From the NCBI GenBank assembly GCA_031835245.2, contig JAVKOQ020000053.1, positions 124,001 through 188,000 on the forward strand: 64,000 nt of DNA. The letters run 5' to 3'. The notes under the pieces were generated by a model, which saw only the letters and a list, made by a program, of their open reading frames with translations, ran no database searches and was not told the origin of the DNA. The DNA comes from Balamuthia mandrillaris (lineage: Eukaryota). Position numbers and translations under genes: made by a program. Below, piece by piece: positions 52,048-64,000 of the stretch (positions within the stretch are counted from its first letter, which is position 1; the number at the start of each line of letters is the position of its first letter).

Positions 52048-55000
52048 TCACGTGTCCTCCACTTTCCGCGCGATGAGGCGTGTCATCTTTCTGTTCCTTC
52101 TCACAACAGGCCTCTGCACCTGTTGCTCCTCCTCCTCCTCCTCCTCTGCTGTAGCACTTGCCTCCCCTGTTGTTAGTTCGGGTACGAACCCATCACCGCC
52201 GCCGATACTGTCACCACTGTCACTACCGCCACTATCGCCAACACCGACACCACCACCGCCGTCAACAGCCCCACCGTTGCCATCAATCTCAACATCACTA
52301 TCTCCGATGTGTGGCATTGAGTGCCGCTGCGCAAGAAGTGGAACTTCCAGTGTCACAGGCAATAGTTGGGTAGGCGTTTCGCCTACTTCAGGCAGTGACC
52401 GTTCCTTCTCTGACTCCTCCTTTCTGATTGTAATGGTACCTCTCCTCATACCTTCCACTGCCCTCTGTAGTACCGTCTTCCTCCGTTTGTAGTACATGAT
52501 CCTCTGTTTTGAGATTGTCTGTGGTCTCCTCTGCGATGCTATCCGGGCAGCTCGTTGTGTGCCGCCCCAAGCACCATTGCCTCCGCTACCTGACTTGTCA
52601 TCAACAACCACTGTATGCTCCTTGCTTGACATCGCCTCTCCCGCTTCCTCGTCAGAGCTAACGGGCATTTCAATGTCAACCATGCTAGGCGGGATATACA
52701 CTCCCTTCGCTTCAGGAGGAGCCATGTTGAGGGCATAAGTGCCAGACAAAGGGCCGTACCTGCTGGCCCACTTGTATCTGTTATGCAGCTTCACCCATAT
52801 GACAATCGTGATAATGGGGAGCACAATGAGCGTTGCTCCAAATTGGTCAATCCCGTCGAAGCCAAGCAGTCCCATCATAGTCAACTGGAACACCAGCAGC
52901 GCCGTCAGAAAGTGATGATATGCATACTGCCACATAGTGCATCCCGACTCCCAAAATGGCTCGTTGCAGTACAAAATGTTGTATCTTGATTGAAGATTTT
53001 AGCAGTTGATGCAGGATCACTGGGAGAGAGAGAGAGAGAGAGAGAGAGGAAGAGGAAGAGGAAGAGGAAGAGGAAGAGGAAGAGGAAGAGGAAGAGGAAG
53101 AGGAAGAGAGGAAGAGGAAGAGGAAGAGGAAGAAGAGGAAGAGGAAGAGGAAGAGGAAGAGGAAGAGGAAGAGGAAGAGGAAGAGGAAGAGGAAGAGGAA
53201 GAGGAAGAGGAAGAGGAAGAGGAAGCAGAGACGTACCTGTGTATAAGATAGCTGAGCGAAAAATAGACGACACCGAACAAGGAAATAAGAGGAGCCATGA
53301 CGCTGTAATTGAGCACCAACGTGAAGACCAATAGTTCTCTTCCGGCCTCTCCAGCATAATCGAACGGTGGTGGCTTATGAACAGTCTCTTTCTTCGTTTG
53401 GAAAACGATATTCAGAACAAGGAGAAGACAAGCAAAGAATAGAGAAGGTGATGAATCTTTAAAAAAACGGAGCTTACTTCTCGTTTAGTCTTTGGCGCCT
53501 TACAAAACTTGTTCATGTAGCGATTAAAAAGTTGACCAGGGCGGTAGAGCTTAATTGGCAATCTGCCAACACCAGTGACGAGCAGATAGTCTATAAAGTA
53601 AAGGGATTGTTTTGGCAACGACGTGCCTAGCAGTGTTATTATACTTGCTGGATTGTCAATAACGTCTTCTAAAACATCAAATACTGCTCCTGTGTGTTTT
53701 CATTTGATGTTTTTAATGTGTTAGATCACCAGGATAGTACCAAGACTGATTGTGAAAAGAGAAGAAAGCAAACCTCCAATTGTGGATACTAAGAAAACGT
53801 TCAGTAGAAGGAAGGTGGCATAGACATTCAAGGTGGTAAACTCAGCTACTGAATGAGACATAAATCCGCGAAAGTTTATAATAAACGTGAAGATAGGCTT
53901 CATGATAGCAATAAATATGGTGGTAATAAGAGCTGGCAGAAATCCTGGGTAATAAACCGAAAAAAAACAGTTGGAAAAGTGAGTCGAATTGAAGGAGAAG
54001 GAGTGAGAAGAGAATGATGAAGAGAAGACAGGAGAAAGGGAAGGCGAAAATGAGAATATAGGAGAGAAAGAATGAGAATGAGAGGAGAATCATGGGGTTT
54101 TTCTCGTGCCTTCTATAAAGTTTACAAGAGATTCTGGCAAAGCGTCCAACACATCTTCCAGCCATCCAAAACCATCAACCGTACTAAGTTTGGTCAAGTT
54201 GGCAATGCTGACAAGGAACAGGAAAGGAAAGGTCCACAATATCATGATAACCGTCAGAATGATCGCTATCAAGAACTTTCTCAGAGAGTAAGCCATAGGA
54301 CCAATGGAAAGCACACTCCAGTTTACATCTGAGTATTCAGGTGCTGGTCTTATCACCATCTGGCCGGGATTCATGAAAGGTTGAGCTCCTACACGCGTGA
54401 CAAATGCCGAGGAGAGTGTCACAAACGCGACCCCAGTCTTCTGCATTCGTCCGGCTGGGTTTTCCTGAATAAATCGTATCTTGTCTTCAGTTTGAGAGAG
54501 GAGCCTAGCGTAGTACTTTTCAGCATCCACCTTTCATCAAAGTATGAAAATTGTGTGGTTTTGGAACATTAATAAAGAGGTAAAAGGAAAAATAAGTAGG
54601 GAAGAAGGCACCTTTTTTCCAAAACACTGAAACCAACCTGACCTTGTGGTAGGTCGCTTCGTCCTGTCAACACAACACTCGCAACAGCAACAGGAACAAC
54701 AAACGCAGCATGCCCGGTTACAGCCGCAAATGTAGTAGCAGGAAAGTATCTTTCGAGCCTGTTTCCAGCATCTCCTGATCCGCAACTTCCATATCGTCGC
54801 GGGCGTCAAGTTCTCAAACGAGGTTGATGATCGCTGCTCACTTTCAGCACTAGCTTCTTCTGTTTGAAGCTCTGGTCTATCCCGCAACTCCATCTTGATC
54901 CGCTCTAACCGGCTCAACCACATTAACCGCTGCTGACAAAGCTTGTTAAGCTTTCTGGTATCCCAAATAATCTGTACATCAACTACTCCCACTGGATAAT

Positions 55001-55926
55001 GGTCCTTTAGAGAAGCGGAAATAAAGATGAGAAGAAAGATAAAGAAAGGAAAAACGTGGAGGAAGGAGAAGAAGAGGTTATAACTTATAACTCTTTACTG
55101 AACGATGTTGAGCAGGTAACGTACTTCAAACCACTCGCGCAATGCGCTCTCCCTCCGCAGTCGTTTTGGGACATTTTGGAGCATCAAAGTGAACGCTCTG
55201 ACCTCATTCCTGTCAATTTGGTTTGACGGATGCAAACAGAAGAAGCAGAACAGAGAGTGAGGATAGGAAAAGACATCAAGAGCAAAGATAGAGTGCAGGT
55301 ACCGATTCAAGTAATGTTGTCTCATCCTGCCAAACGTATGATACATGTACCACATAGCAAAGTAAAACACGATAGAATGAATCCAGGTAAACAGGACGTG
55401 AGCGATGAGTCTGTCGTCGCGACTGGGAATGTTGGCAATGGTGAGAATGCCCATCTCGGTGACAGTCTCGGGGTCGTGAGAATAAACTCCGCCCGAGACG
55501 TTGATCGGAATGATCACAAACATTCCTATCGCAAGAAAGTAGACCGACAAGCCCAAACACAACCGGAGAAAGCGCACGTAGCACAATGCATCAGGTCCAT
55601 GTGTTTTCCACAACTTTGAATCGGGGTAGCTATCCGATCAACACAAAGAAGAAGGTGAGCATATACGTCCATCGAACAAAAAAAAAGCAATCGTACCTGA
55701 GAGAGGGCCAAATCCAGGAAAACATGCCATAAAAATACGGAGAGGTACAACACAAGACCTCTTTCTTGCGAGGAGAGAAGAAAAGGGATATACCCATGAA
55801 CTTCCACCGGTGGATGAGACAAAAGATCCCTAGAGCCAAAAGGCATACTCCGAAGCTTATGCCCGTGTTCTGAAAGAACTTGGAAATGCTGCGATCCACA
55901 GCGACACTGGTTTCGTCCGACGACAT
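52048..55926 (-). CDS. TMEM63: OSCA/TMEM63/CSC1 osmo/mechanosensitive cation channel; spliced
   Basis: GPDALCYVRFLR, LTIANIP..RLIAHV, FTLMLQNVP, GVAFVT, APEYSDVNW, LPKQSLYFIDYLL, YSVMAPLI, YCNEPFWESG; multiple TM helices. Confidence 0.92.
53024..53225 (+). repeat. Intronic pure polypurine tract (GA)n(GAGGAA)n, ~200 bp
   Basis: Direct reading; inside a TMEM63 intron. Confidence 0.95.
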
Positions 55927-56176
55927 TATCGTTTTGTGTTTTTTTTTTAAAAAAAAAAAAAGATCCTAACCAGCCAGTGAACGTGGTGGCATCCGCTAGC
56001 CTCTTTTTGGGGGGGAGAGGCGCTACTTGCCCGCTACTCGTTGTTTTCCTTTCTTCTCTTCTGTTCGTCTTCTTTTGCACAAACGGTCGGGAGGGACCCC
56101 TCGTTGGGTGTCAATGTTGTCGACGCATTCCATATGCATTCTTTGCATTCTTGACAAAAAAGACAGAAGAAAGAAG

Positions 56177-57359
56177 ATGCGCCGCTCTTCTGCGCTCGTC
56201 CGGCGGCCGGAAAGCGCCGTGCGGTTTGGTGCCGGTGCAAGGAGCTCTAAGGATTGGCTGCCAGGATGCAGCAGAACGCTTGCCACGGCTACGCAACGAC
56301 AAAACTTGGTGGAAGAAGCCTACGAGGTGCTATTACCTCCCTCTTCTTCCGCAAGGTTTGGCATGAACCTGTTCTTTCAAAGAACAGCTACCACTTTTTT
56401 TGTTCCTTTTGGTACAAGGAAATAACACGCCTCGTTGTTTCCGTTGCCATTGCCATTGCAGATCTTCGCTTCCCTACACAATGGTATTGACGTGCGAGCA
56501 CGCCTCAATGCGCCTTCCTTCGCCCTACGCCTGGCCGCAAGAAGACCAGCGCTTGGTAGGCACTCACTGGTCCTACGATCCTGGCTCTGAAGGTACGCGA
56601 GGCGCCTTCCTTTTTCTTTAGCGCTGGGTCCCTTTCTCTATTTTTTTAAATATAAGCGGGAACGGCATTTCTGACCTGTTGCTTCAGACTTAACACGAGA
56701 ACTGTCAGCAGCAACGGGAGCAGCAGGCGTACTTTCTCGGTTTAGCAGATTGTTGGTGGATCCCAATCGACCAAGAGACCTTTCTTCTCCCACTTTGTTT
56801 AGAGATATCGCCGACTCGCAACCCGTCTTGCTCAACAAAGGTGCCTCTCCCCATCATCAAACAAACCTTCAGTACCTAATCGCACTTCTTTTTATTTAAA
56901 AATATAAAAGGGCTCAGCCCAGAAGAGAAGAACAGCAGGTTGACCAGGTATTATGACCCATACCATGCCGCATTGTCACAACTTGTGGAACAAGCACAAC
57001 CACGGTTACTCCTCAGCGTTCACAGCTTCACCCCTGAGTACGAAGGCCAGAAGCGCAGCATGGAAATCGGAGTGCTCTTCACCGAGGACGAAGAGCTCGC
57101 CACTTGCGCCAACCAGCATCTCAACGACCTATCCTACAAAAGCGTTTTGAACGAGCCCTGGTCCGGCAAGGCTGGCTTCATGAACTCTGCCGACCAGCAC
57201 TGCAAAGCCTTCAACAACACCAAAGCCAAGAAGACTTGCAGTGCCCTGATGCTTGAAATACGACAGGACTTGATCACGAGGCCTGAGTGGAGAGCAAAAC
57301 TGTGCCAAGACCTCTCCGAGCTGTTGGGGAGTGCTCGTTTTTCTCGCATTGTTGCTTAG
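56177..57359 (+). CDS. N-formylglutamate amidohydrolase (FGase family), probably mitochondrial; spliced
   Basis: MVLTCEHAS, HWSYDPG, SRFSRLLVDPNRP, RYYDPYHAAL, LLSVHSFTP, EIGVLF, NEPWSG, LMLEIRQDLI; Arg/Ser-rich presequence MRRSSALVRR. Confidence 0.9.
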
Positions 57360-57849
57360 CAACACCGGTTGCTGTTGCTATAGTGATCCTCTAATTAAAG
57401 AGCAATTGTACGATTGATTTTTGATTGGTTGGTGGCCTATTAATTTAAAAATGTGTCCCTTCGCTAAACAGTGAAATTGAAGTTTTAAATAACGAACAAA
57501 AGGTACCGCAAAACTTTTATTTTTGTACTAACTGTAAAAGAAATGAAGAAAGGGTCCCCAAAAAACCAATTTCTGGGGACAAAAAACATAAATAAGAAAA
57601 GGGTCAAGTCGAGGCGTATGAGACTACTCGTACACATTTTTTGGAGCAAGGCAAGCGCAATGCCTATCCAAAAAAGAAAAGAAAAGAGAGTGGCGAGAGC
57701 AACTCCCGAAAAGAAAAACCAAACAACATCCACAAAGCAAATTCCTCCACGGCATCCACAAAAACAGAAAAAGAGAGAAGAAAACCACTTTCCTCGGTGT
57801 TGTTCTCAGCAACGGCGATTGCGTGGTTCATTTTCGTTCCGCTTTTTTT

Positions 57850-59721
57850 TTACTGCCCCGTAGAAACCTCGGGTGGGGGAATGGTAGACACCCGGTGGAA
57901 CCTCTTGTGGGAGTATTTTTCCCTCACGGCCTGCAGGCTCGCGTTCTCGTTCATTGCGCAGTACATGTTGTACAGCTCTTGAATGCATTGCTGCAACTCC
58001 GCATCATTAATACTGTACTGAGTATAAAATGTCAACGTTGGTGTCTGAAAGTAAATAACAGTCAGTAAAACCACCAGGATGAAAGCAAGAAGGGCAAGGA
58101 CTGACCCAAGGCTCTCTGTTCAAAGTACGAAGGGCCAAAAAGACAGCCGCAGCAGCAATCTGAGAGGGCAAGTACTTGACAAAGGAGTACTCCAGCAGGG
58201 TGAGCTCCGCCAGGTAGCTCGCCAAAAAGGCAACGGTGAGGTCTGCGCCGGCCGCCTTGAGGAACCTGCGGAGAAAGACCTTGGTGGTGGCGGCGGTCAA
58301 CTGGAACTCCAGCGTGTTGAGGATGTGAGCCTCCATCATGAGGATCTCCTCGCGAGAGTAGGTGTTGGCCGAGATGTAGACAAACTCTTCCACAGCCGGT
58401 GCGTAGATCTCTTCGTACTTGGCGGCGATGAACATGGCGGTTACTCCCACAAGTTGGAACTTGCGTTTGTCGATACGGCGCTCCGCTAGGAACCGGTCCA
58501 GGTAGTTCACAGCCAAGAAGAGGGTCTCCGAGGAGAGCTCATACTCGTCCGCCACCTCCACCAACCAGTCACAAAGAATGCCTCGCATCGATGCTGTTAT
58601 GCCCTTTTGTACAGATGTCATGTAGTCTAGTCTTCTCGGTCTCCGCAGTTGCTATACAGCATGAATAGGTTTAGAGAAGTTGCAAAGGGGCAAAGAACGA
58701 AACAAGACGAGCAAGTACCTCGTTGATTCGAAGGTTGACATAAATGTCGTTGACGTAGGAAGTGCACCATTGAGGGTCTTGCTCGTCGACAAAGTCAATG
58801 TCGAGGACCTCCCAGCCACCACCGATCGTTTGTTCTTCCTCGTCTACAGCCTGTTTGCGGGCCACCACAACCTCTTCCTTCTGTTTGGCCTCGTTGGGAG
58901 ATGCAGCGTTGCTGCTGCTGGTTGCTTCACAGGCTGTGTCTCTGTCCACTTCATAGTCCGAGTCCATTGCTCGCTGTTCCAACTCCATTTGATCTGTTAA
59001 TGAACAGCACAAACTAATGTTAAACAAAAGGAAGAGCGAAAGCCGACGGCGAAGAAGGCAAACCGTGGCTGGCTCTAGTGCGTGCGGAGCTCTCAGCAGC
59101 GCTGACCAACAATGCTTCCGAATGAGAAAAATGTTTGGTGGAAGTGGTGGCGCTGATGGGGCTGGGCAAGATGACATCCATGGAGCTTTGGCTGTCGCTA
59201 CCGCGGAGCGCCACCAACGGATTCTCTTCCTCTTCCTCCTCTTCGTCCGCCACAGCATTGGGGGTTGATGTGACGGATTTCTTTGTGCGACGTCTGCTAC
59301 TGAGCGAAGAGCGCTTCTTCCGTCGATCGGTCGAGGTGCTTTTTGTGATCTGCGCAACACAAATATTTTAAAAAAAAGGTTTTAGTTTGACGATCATCAA
59401 AACATAAAACGTGAAGAAGATAGGAAAAAAAAAACAAACCTTCGCTTTGGGACGAGAGGATTGAGAGAGAGGAGCAGCGGCAGGAAGAGGAGCGGCCGTT
59501 GTGTTGTTGGTGATGTTCCTGAGGGCCACGCGGCCCGTGGTGGACTTGCCGTTGGAGACATGCATGGTCTTGGTGGGCGGCATCTGGAGCTTGGCCTCGC
59601 CTGCGTGGAGGTAGTGGTGAGGTTGGTTCTCCTCCTCTCCGGCGGTGGTCTGTTGGTGTCTCCGCTTGTTGCCGCTGCCAAAGAAGCCGTCCGGCAAGGC
59701 CGACGTCAATTGGTTGAACAT
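57850..59721 (-). CDS. CCNA: Cyclin A; spliced
   Basis: D-box RVALRNITN; DPQWCTSYVNDIY; cyclin box MRGILCDWLVEVADEYELSSETLFLAVNYLDRFL; QLVGVTAMFIAAKYEEIYAP; YLPSQIAAAA; AVREKYS. Confidence 0.95.
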
Positions 59722-60811
59722 TGTCGAGCGTATTTGGTGAGAAAGAATGAAGAATGACGAAGGAGACCTGCAGAAACACAAGCATCAAAAATAGAGAGTA
59801 AGCCAAGGAGAGAAGTGGTAAGGTGTGTTGAACGGGGAAGAAAAAGGAAAATATAAATGGAGTGCATAGAGTTTCATGAACGGAAGAAGAGAGGAGAGTA
59901 ATAAAGTACCTCTGCGCCGCTTTTTATGGAAAGAGAGACGAAGCAAAAAAAAAAAATACCCGTCCCTTTTTGGTGGTGACAAGAAGAAGAAGAGTGTTTG
60001 GAGGGCAGCAAACTTTTTTATTACCACGTTGTTTGTATGGTTTTTGTGTGGTTGAACGTAAAAAAAAAATCTTATCGTAGCGACGACACTGACTAAAGTC
60101 TTCTTAAGAAAGTTTCTTTTTTTGTTTGTGTGTTTGAACAAAGCTAACAGTATGTAAACTCTCTATGTAAACAACTTTCAGCAGTCAAAGTGTCTCGGCG
60201 CGAAGAGGTTTCTTCTTCTTGTGGGGAGGAAAAAAAAAAGTAAAATGCTTTTAGAAGAAGCAAACCATTCCCGCCACACACGTTGGTTATAATAAAAAAA
60301 AGAAAACCCTCCCAAAAACAAAACAGGATTTCGCTTCCTTCCTTTTTTTCTTTATTTTTTGCCCGCTCAAACCCAAAATATGGAATGTGTGCTTTAGCTC
60401 CAAAAAAATTGGCAAAAAACACCGTTACAGACGGTTACGCTCTTTTTTTTGCCAAGTTTCCAGACCGTCGGCCAATCAAAAATCAAACAGTTTTCGGAGT
60501 TGGATTTTCGGAACCAACCTTAAACCATAATCGGTGGGCATGTCCTTTATTGTGCAATTATGCCAGATCCTCATAGATCGTTATCTCATATAAGGTCAAG
60601 TCCGCAAAAGAAGATTATCTTTTGGGGCTACAAGTTGCTTAGCGACCATACTTGTGGCGTGCCAAGAAGAGAGCAACAACAAGAGGTCGTGCAGAGAGAC
60701 CGTCGGAGTGATAAAAAGGAGCGGTGATGATGATGAAAAAAAGCTAAGAATGCTTTATTTGTGGTGCGGCAGTATCTACGTTTCAGGGCAACTGCCGGTG
60801 TTGGTTGGGTT

Positions 60812-62396
60812 TTAGCCAAGCTTTTCCCAACCGGAGCGCTTCCACTTGCCGTAGAAATGGTAGGTTATGAAGAGGACGATAGCGCCACCCAACAACACCC
60901 CAAATATAATGCCAAACGTGCCAGTTAGGAATCCCACAAGGACTTTTCGTTTGAAACAACAAAAGGGAGGACACAGACACAGTTAGCAATACACAAAAAG
61001 AAAAGGAAGAGGACAGAGGAGAGAGAAAGGAGAAGAGAGAGAAAGAGAGACGAGATGTTGTGCTGCTTTGCTTTACCTGATTTGTTGCTGTCACCGCCTT
61101 TGTGAATGGTCTTGGTGCAGTCCGAATTTTGCGACTTCCATGACTTGAGCGTGCTTAATATCTTCAGTATGGATTGGGGGAAGGTAAGTGATAAGAATGA
61201 ACAGGAGCAACAATCTAGAACGTGAATTTGCTTTTAAAGTTGCACAAACCTGATTTCTAACATCCTTGAGGCAGTTTTCGTGAACGGAGGTGTCCAACCA
61301 GGAATAGGTGATAGTTGGATTCTCACAGCTGATTTCCAAGAATCTGTTCGTGTCAGACTTATCGCGTACAAACTTGGCGTCTGGCACCAACTGCTGAGCG
61401 AGATCGTTTTTGGAAGTTACAAATATCATGTTGCAACCTTCTGGATTCTCCCCTCTTTGTTTAGGAAAAGAATACAAGTGTTAAGGAACTGGATTAGCTG
61501 AGAGAGAGAGAGAGAGAGAACAAACCCGTAGAGAGCATTGACAACATCGATTTGCGGTTGATCAGGAATGTGGACGTCGCTGAACAATTTCTTGCATGTC
61601 TGTAGATACCAAGTCAACGTCAATTGTGGTGGGATCAATGAAGTATTGCCTTTAGGGGTCTTTACGGGAGAAAGAAAGAGAAACGGTGTTAATTTTACTG
61701 CTGTTTGTACAGAAGAGCTGACAGACAGATAATACCTGAAACTGTCCAAGCTGAGCACACTTCAGGTAGTAGGTAGGACGGTAGCCAGAAAATATACTGG
61801 GAATTGTTGTGTTGGTGTCCAATGCAATATCAAAATCGATGCAATCAAGCTGTTAATGGTACCACAAAAGATAGGATTAACCATTTAGCAGTAGGGTGAA
61901 GTTTTAAAAAAACAAGCTGGGATGACAAAAAGTACTGATGAATCGCCACGAAGTTCTTTCAACAATTTGGCAAAGTTGGCCAGTTTGTCTGAAGTATTTG
62001 CATTCACTTTGGCTGTCAAATTGGCACAAATCTAAAAACGGAGTAAAACCGTAAGCAACAAAGAGGCTGTCGTCCCTAGAGTGAGAGAAGAGAAAATAGA
62101 ATTGGACAGAAGAGTACCAGGTCTTTGGCGGATGAATAGTAGCTAGTGAAAATGCTGTTCAACACGTAAAAGAACTCCTCTTCGTTAGGAAGGAGTTGCT
62201 TGCAACCCATTTGATGCTGCATGTAATAAACCATATATCAATATGACCGTTTTAAAAACTAGTATTCAAAGAGTTTGACAAACCTGAAAGTCAGTTGTAT
62301 TTATCGAACTCCAAGCCCTCGACAGGTTATAGACCGCGTCGTGTACAACGGAACTGCAAGCCTCGCCTGTGTGTACATAAGACCTTAGCAAAGAGA

Positions 62397-62437
<41 letters not shown>

Positions 62438-63696
62438 GACAGAGGCTCTAACCTAACCAGGCTTGGTAGGCAGAGTCGTAGCCAATATCTTCAAGGGTGG
62501 CGAGCATGTAGGGCGAAGTGGCGACACTTCCAAATACCAGTTGTGGATTTTTGGCTCTGTAGAAAAGCAAATGTTCGTTTAGCACAAATTGGTTTTTTTT
62601 TTTTTAAAAAAAGGGGTGGAATACAGATAAAGAGGGGAGGGGGATGCTAGTATGTTTACCTCAACCACGTGGCGTAGGCACCATTGAATAGATCGGCAAC
62701 AATAATCCAACGAGGCTATTGAGATAATGTAAGCACAAAGAGTAGCTACAAGGAGAAGAGTAGCAGAGATAAAGTACGTCATTCAACTGCAGGGTTTTGG
62801 TCATATTCGCAATAAAATCGCTGTAGTCTGCGATGCTGTAAATTTGTGCATTCATATTAACTTAGCAGAGAATAGAGAGCAAAGCAAGGAAGAAAGGAAG
62901 AGAGAGCAGCAGTGCCAAACAGAGTGGAGTAGAAGAAGAAGAGCGAGGAACACTGAAAACGAGAATAGGAGGGAGGGAGAAGACACAACGAAGATAGTAC
63001 TTTTGCTCTATGGTAGAGAAACGAATATTGGTAGAGGTAACGTCGCGCACGGGATAGCTCTGCCCAGAATAACGAGGCTCTATTTCGATCAACATAGCCC
63101 CTATTCATTTAAGCCATGTTTTCAAAAATAAAAAATACGTTATGATTGTAAGTTAACCGGTCCAGAAGCGCAACAAAGAAAGAGCATTTGTTGGGGGAGG
63201 CAATACGGTACCCAACTCTTTGGCCCACTCCGCCACAGCAGAGGTGGTCAGGTCACCATCAGGCTGCCATATAAAAGAGTTGATGTAGACTGTGGTTTGT
63301 TATTGCCCAATCATAAAGCGTGTAGCAGGAGTCAGTGAGAGAGTGATCGAAAAGTAAACACAACGAGAGAGGGGGAGAAAGAGAGAGAGAGAAAGAAGGA
63401 AAAAAAAGTAGCAGGACGGTACGCAGAACGATCCCGTTGGATTGGTCTTTCCACCAGCTCTTCTGTAGCCAGAAGCGCTGGTGGAAAGACGCGCCGTTTT
63501 GGAGATCAAAGTGATCCACCGGCTGAGTGAAATTGCCGGCAGTGATGCCCGCGGCGGCCGCTAACCCCCTTCTGCCACCACCAGCAGCAGCGGAGGAAGC
63601 GGGAGCCGCGGCAGAGGAGGAGCCAACGAGGGAGGAAAAGTAAAAGGTGGTGAAGACGAGCGCAATCATAAAGGCTTTACGGTTGAGGAAGTGCAT
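60812..63696 (-). CDS. Peptidase S28 (PRCP/DPP7/PRSS16-like) homologue, type I membrane protein, probably catalytically inactive; spliced (alternative ATG at 63756)
   Basis: Signal peptide; FTQPVDHFD..FHQRFW; IEIEPRYSGQSYP..FSTIEQSIADY; WLRAKNPQLVFGSVATS; C-terminal TM VLVGFLTGTFGIIFGVLLGGAIVLFITY and tail KWKRSGWEKLG*. Confidence 0.82.
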
Positions 63697-64000
63697 GGAA
63701 GCGGTCCATCTCGGGAGCTTGATGCAGTAGAGGTTGGTCAACACTGAGATCTTCATGGTCGGGTGGGCGTGCTACAAGAGCAGCAGCAGTAGTGAGTTCT
63801 GGTTCGTCGTCGTAACTCAAGCAAGGAAAAGAACAGATAAGAAAAAAAGAGAGCAAAAAAAAATAAATATTGAGGAAATTCTGCAGAAGATGTTGGAGAC
63901 CTCTTCCGCCAATCAAAAGATTATGTCGACCAATGTGGCGCAGCTTGGAATATGCGCCGTTGTATGCCAGGTGAATGGCGGAATTCTCATCCCATGGAAT

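Noticed and set aside
52905..53357. RG-, poly-E-, poly-S- and LP-repeat ORFs
   Set aside because: Translations of the intronic (GAGGAA)n tract

Overview
Gene-dense, intron-rich eukaryotic nuclear DNA: short GT-AG introns packed with (CT)n/(GA)n/(GTT)n microsatellites and many head-to-head gene pairs. This style suggests a free-living amoebozoan such as Balamuthia (inference, not proven). About 23 protein genes can be read by hand-splicing: a multi-C2 protein, two F-box/WD40 proteins, two RhoGAPs, OGFOD1/Tpa1, an SCI1-like protein, a fungal-TF-like protein, DNA2, a SAM methyltransferase, a BBE-like FAD oxidase, ICT1, HOOK, a Rab2-like GTPase, a DUF1152-like protein, TBL2, NF-YA, an HD hydrolase, OSCA/TMEM63, an N-formylglutamate amidohydrolase, cyclin A, an S28 peptidase homologue and a small putative mitochondrial membrane protein. 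There is also one tRNA-Lys(CTT). The most unusual part is an ~8 kb accessory island (~6.9-14.8 kb). It holds an intronless divergent RhoGAP, an 11x25-bp minisatellite, a run of duplicated micro-exons and a decayed mosaic of gene fragments (frameshifted PH domain, ABC-like TM piece) bracketed by inverted and direct repeats. Other notable items are a membrane-anchored S28 pseudopeptidase that has lost its catalytic Ser, an F-box/WD40 protein ending in a CaaX box, several intron-containing bacterial-type genes, and evenly spaced CCAAT boxes upstream of NF-YA itself. Exon boundaries are manual estimates.
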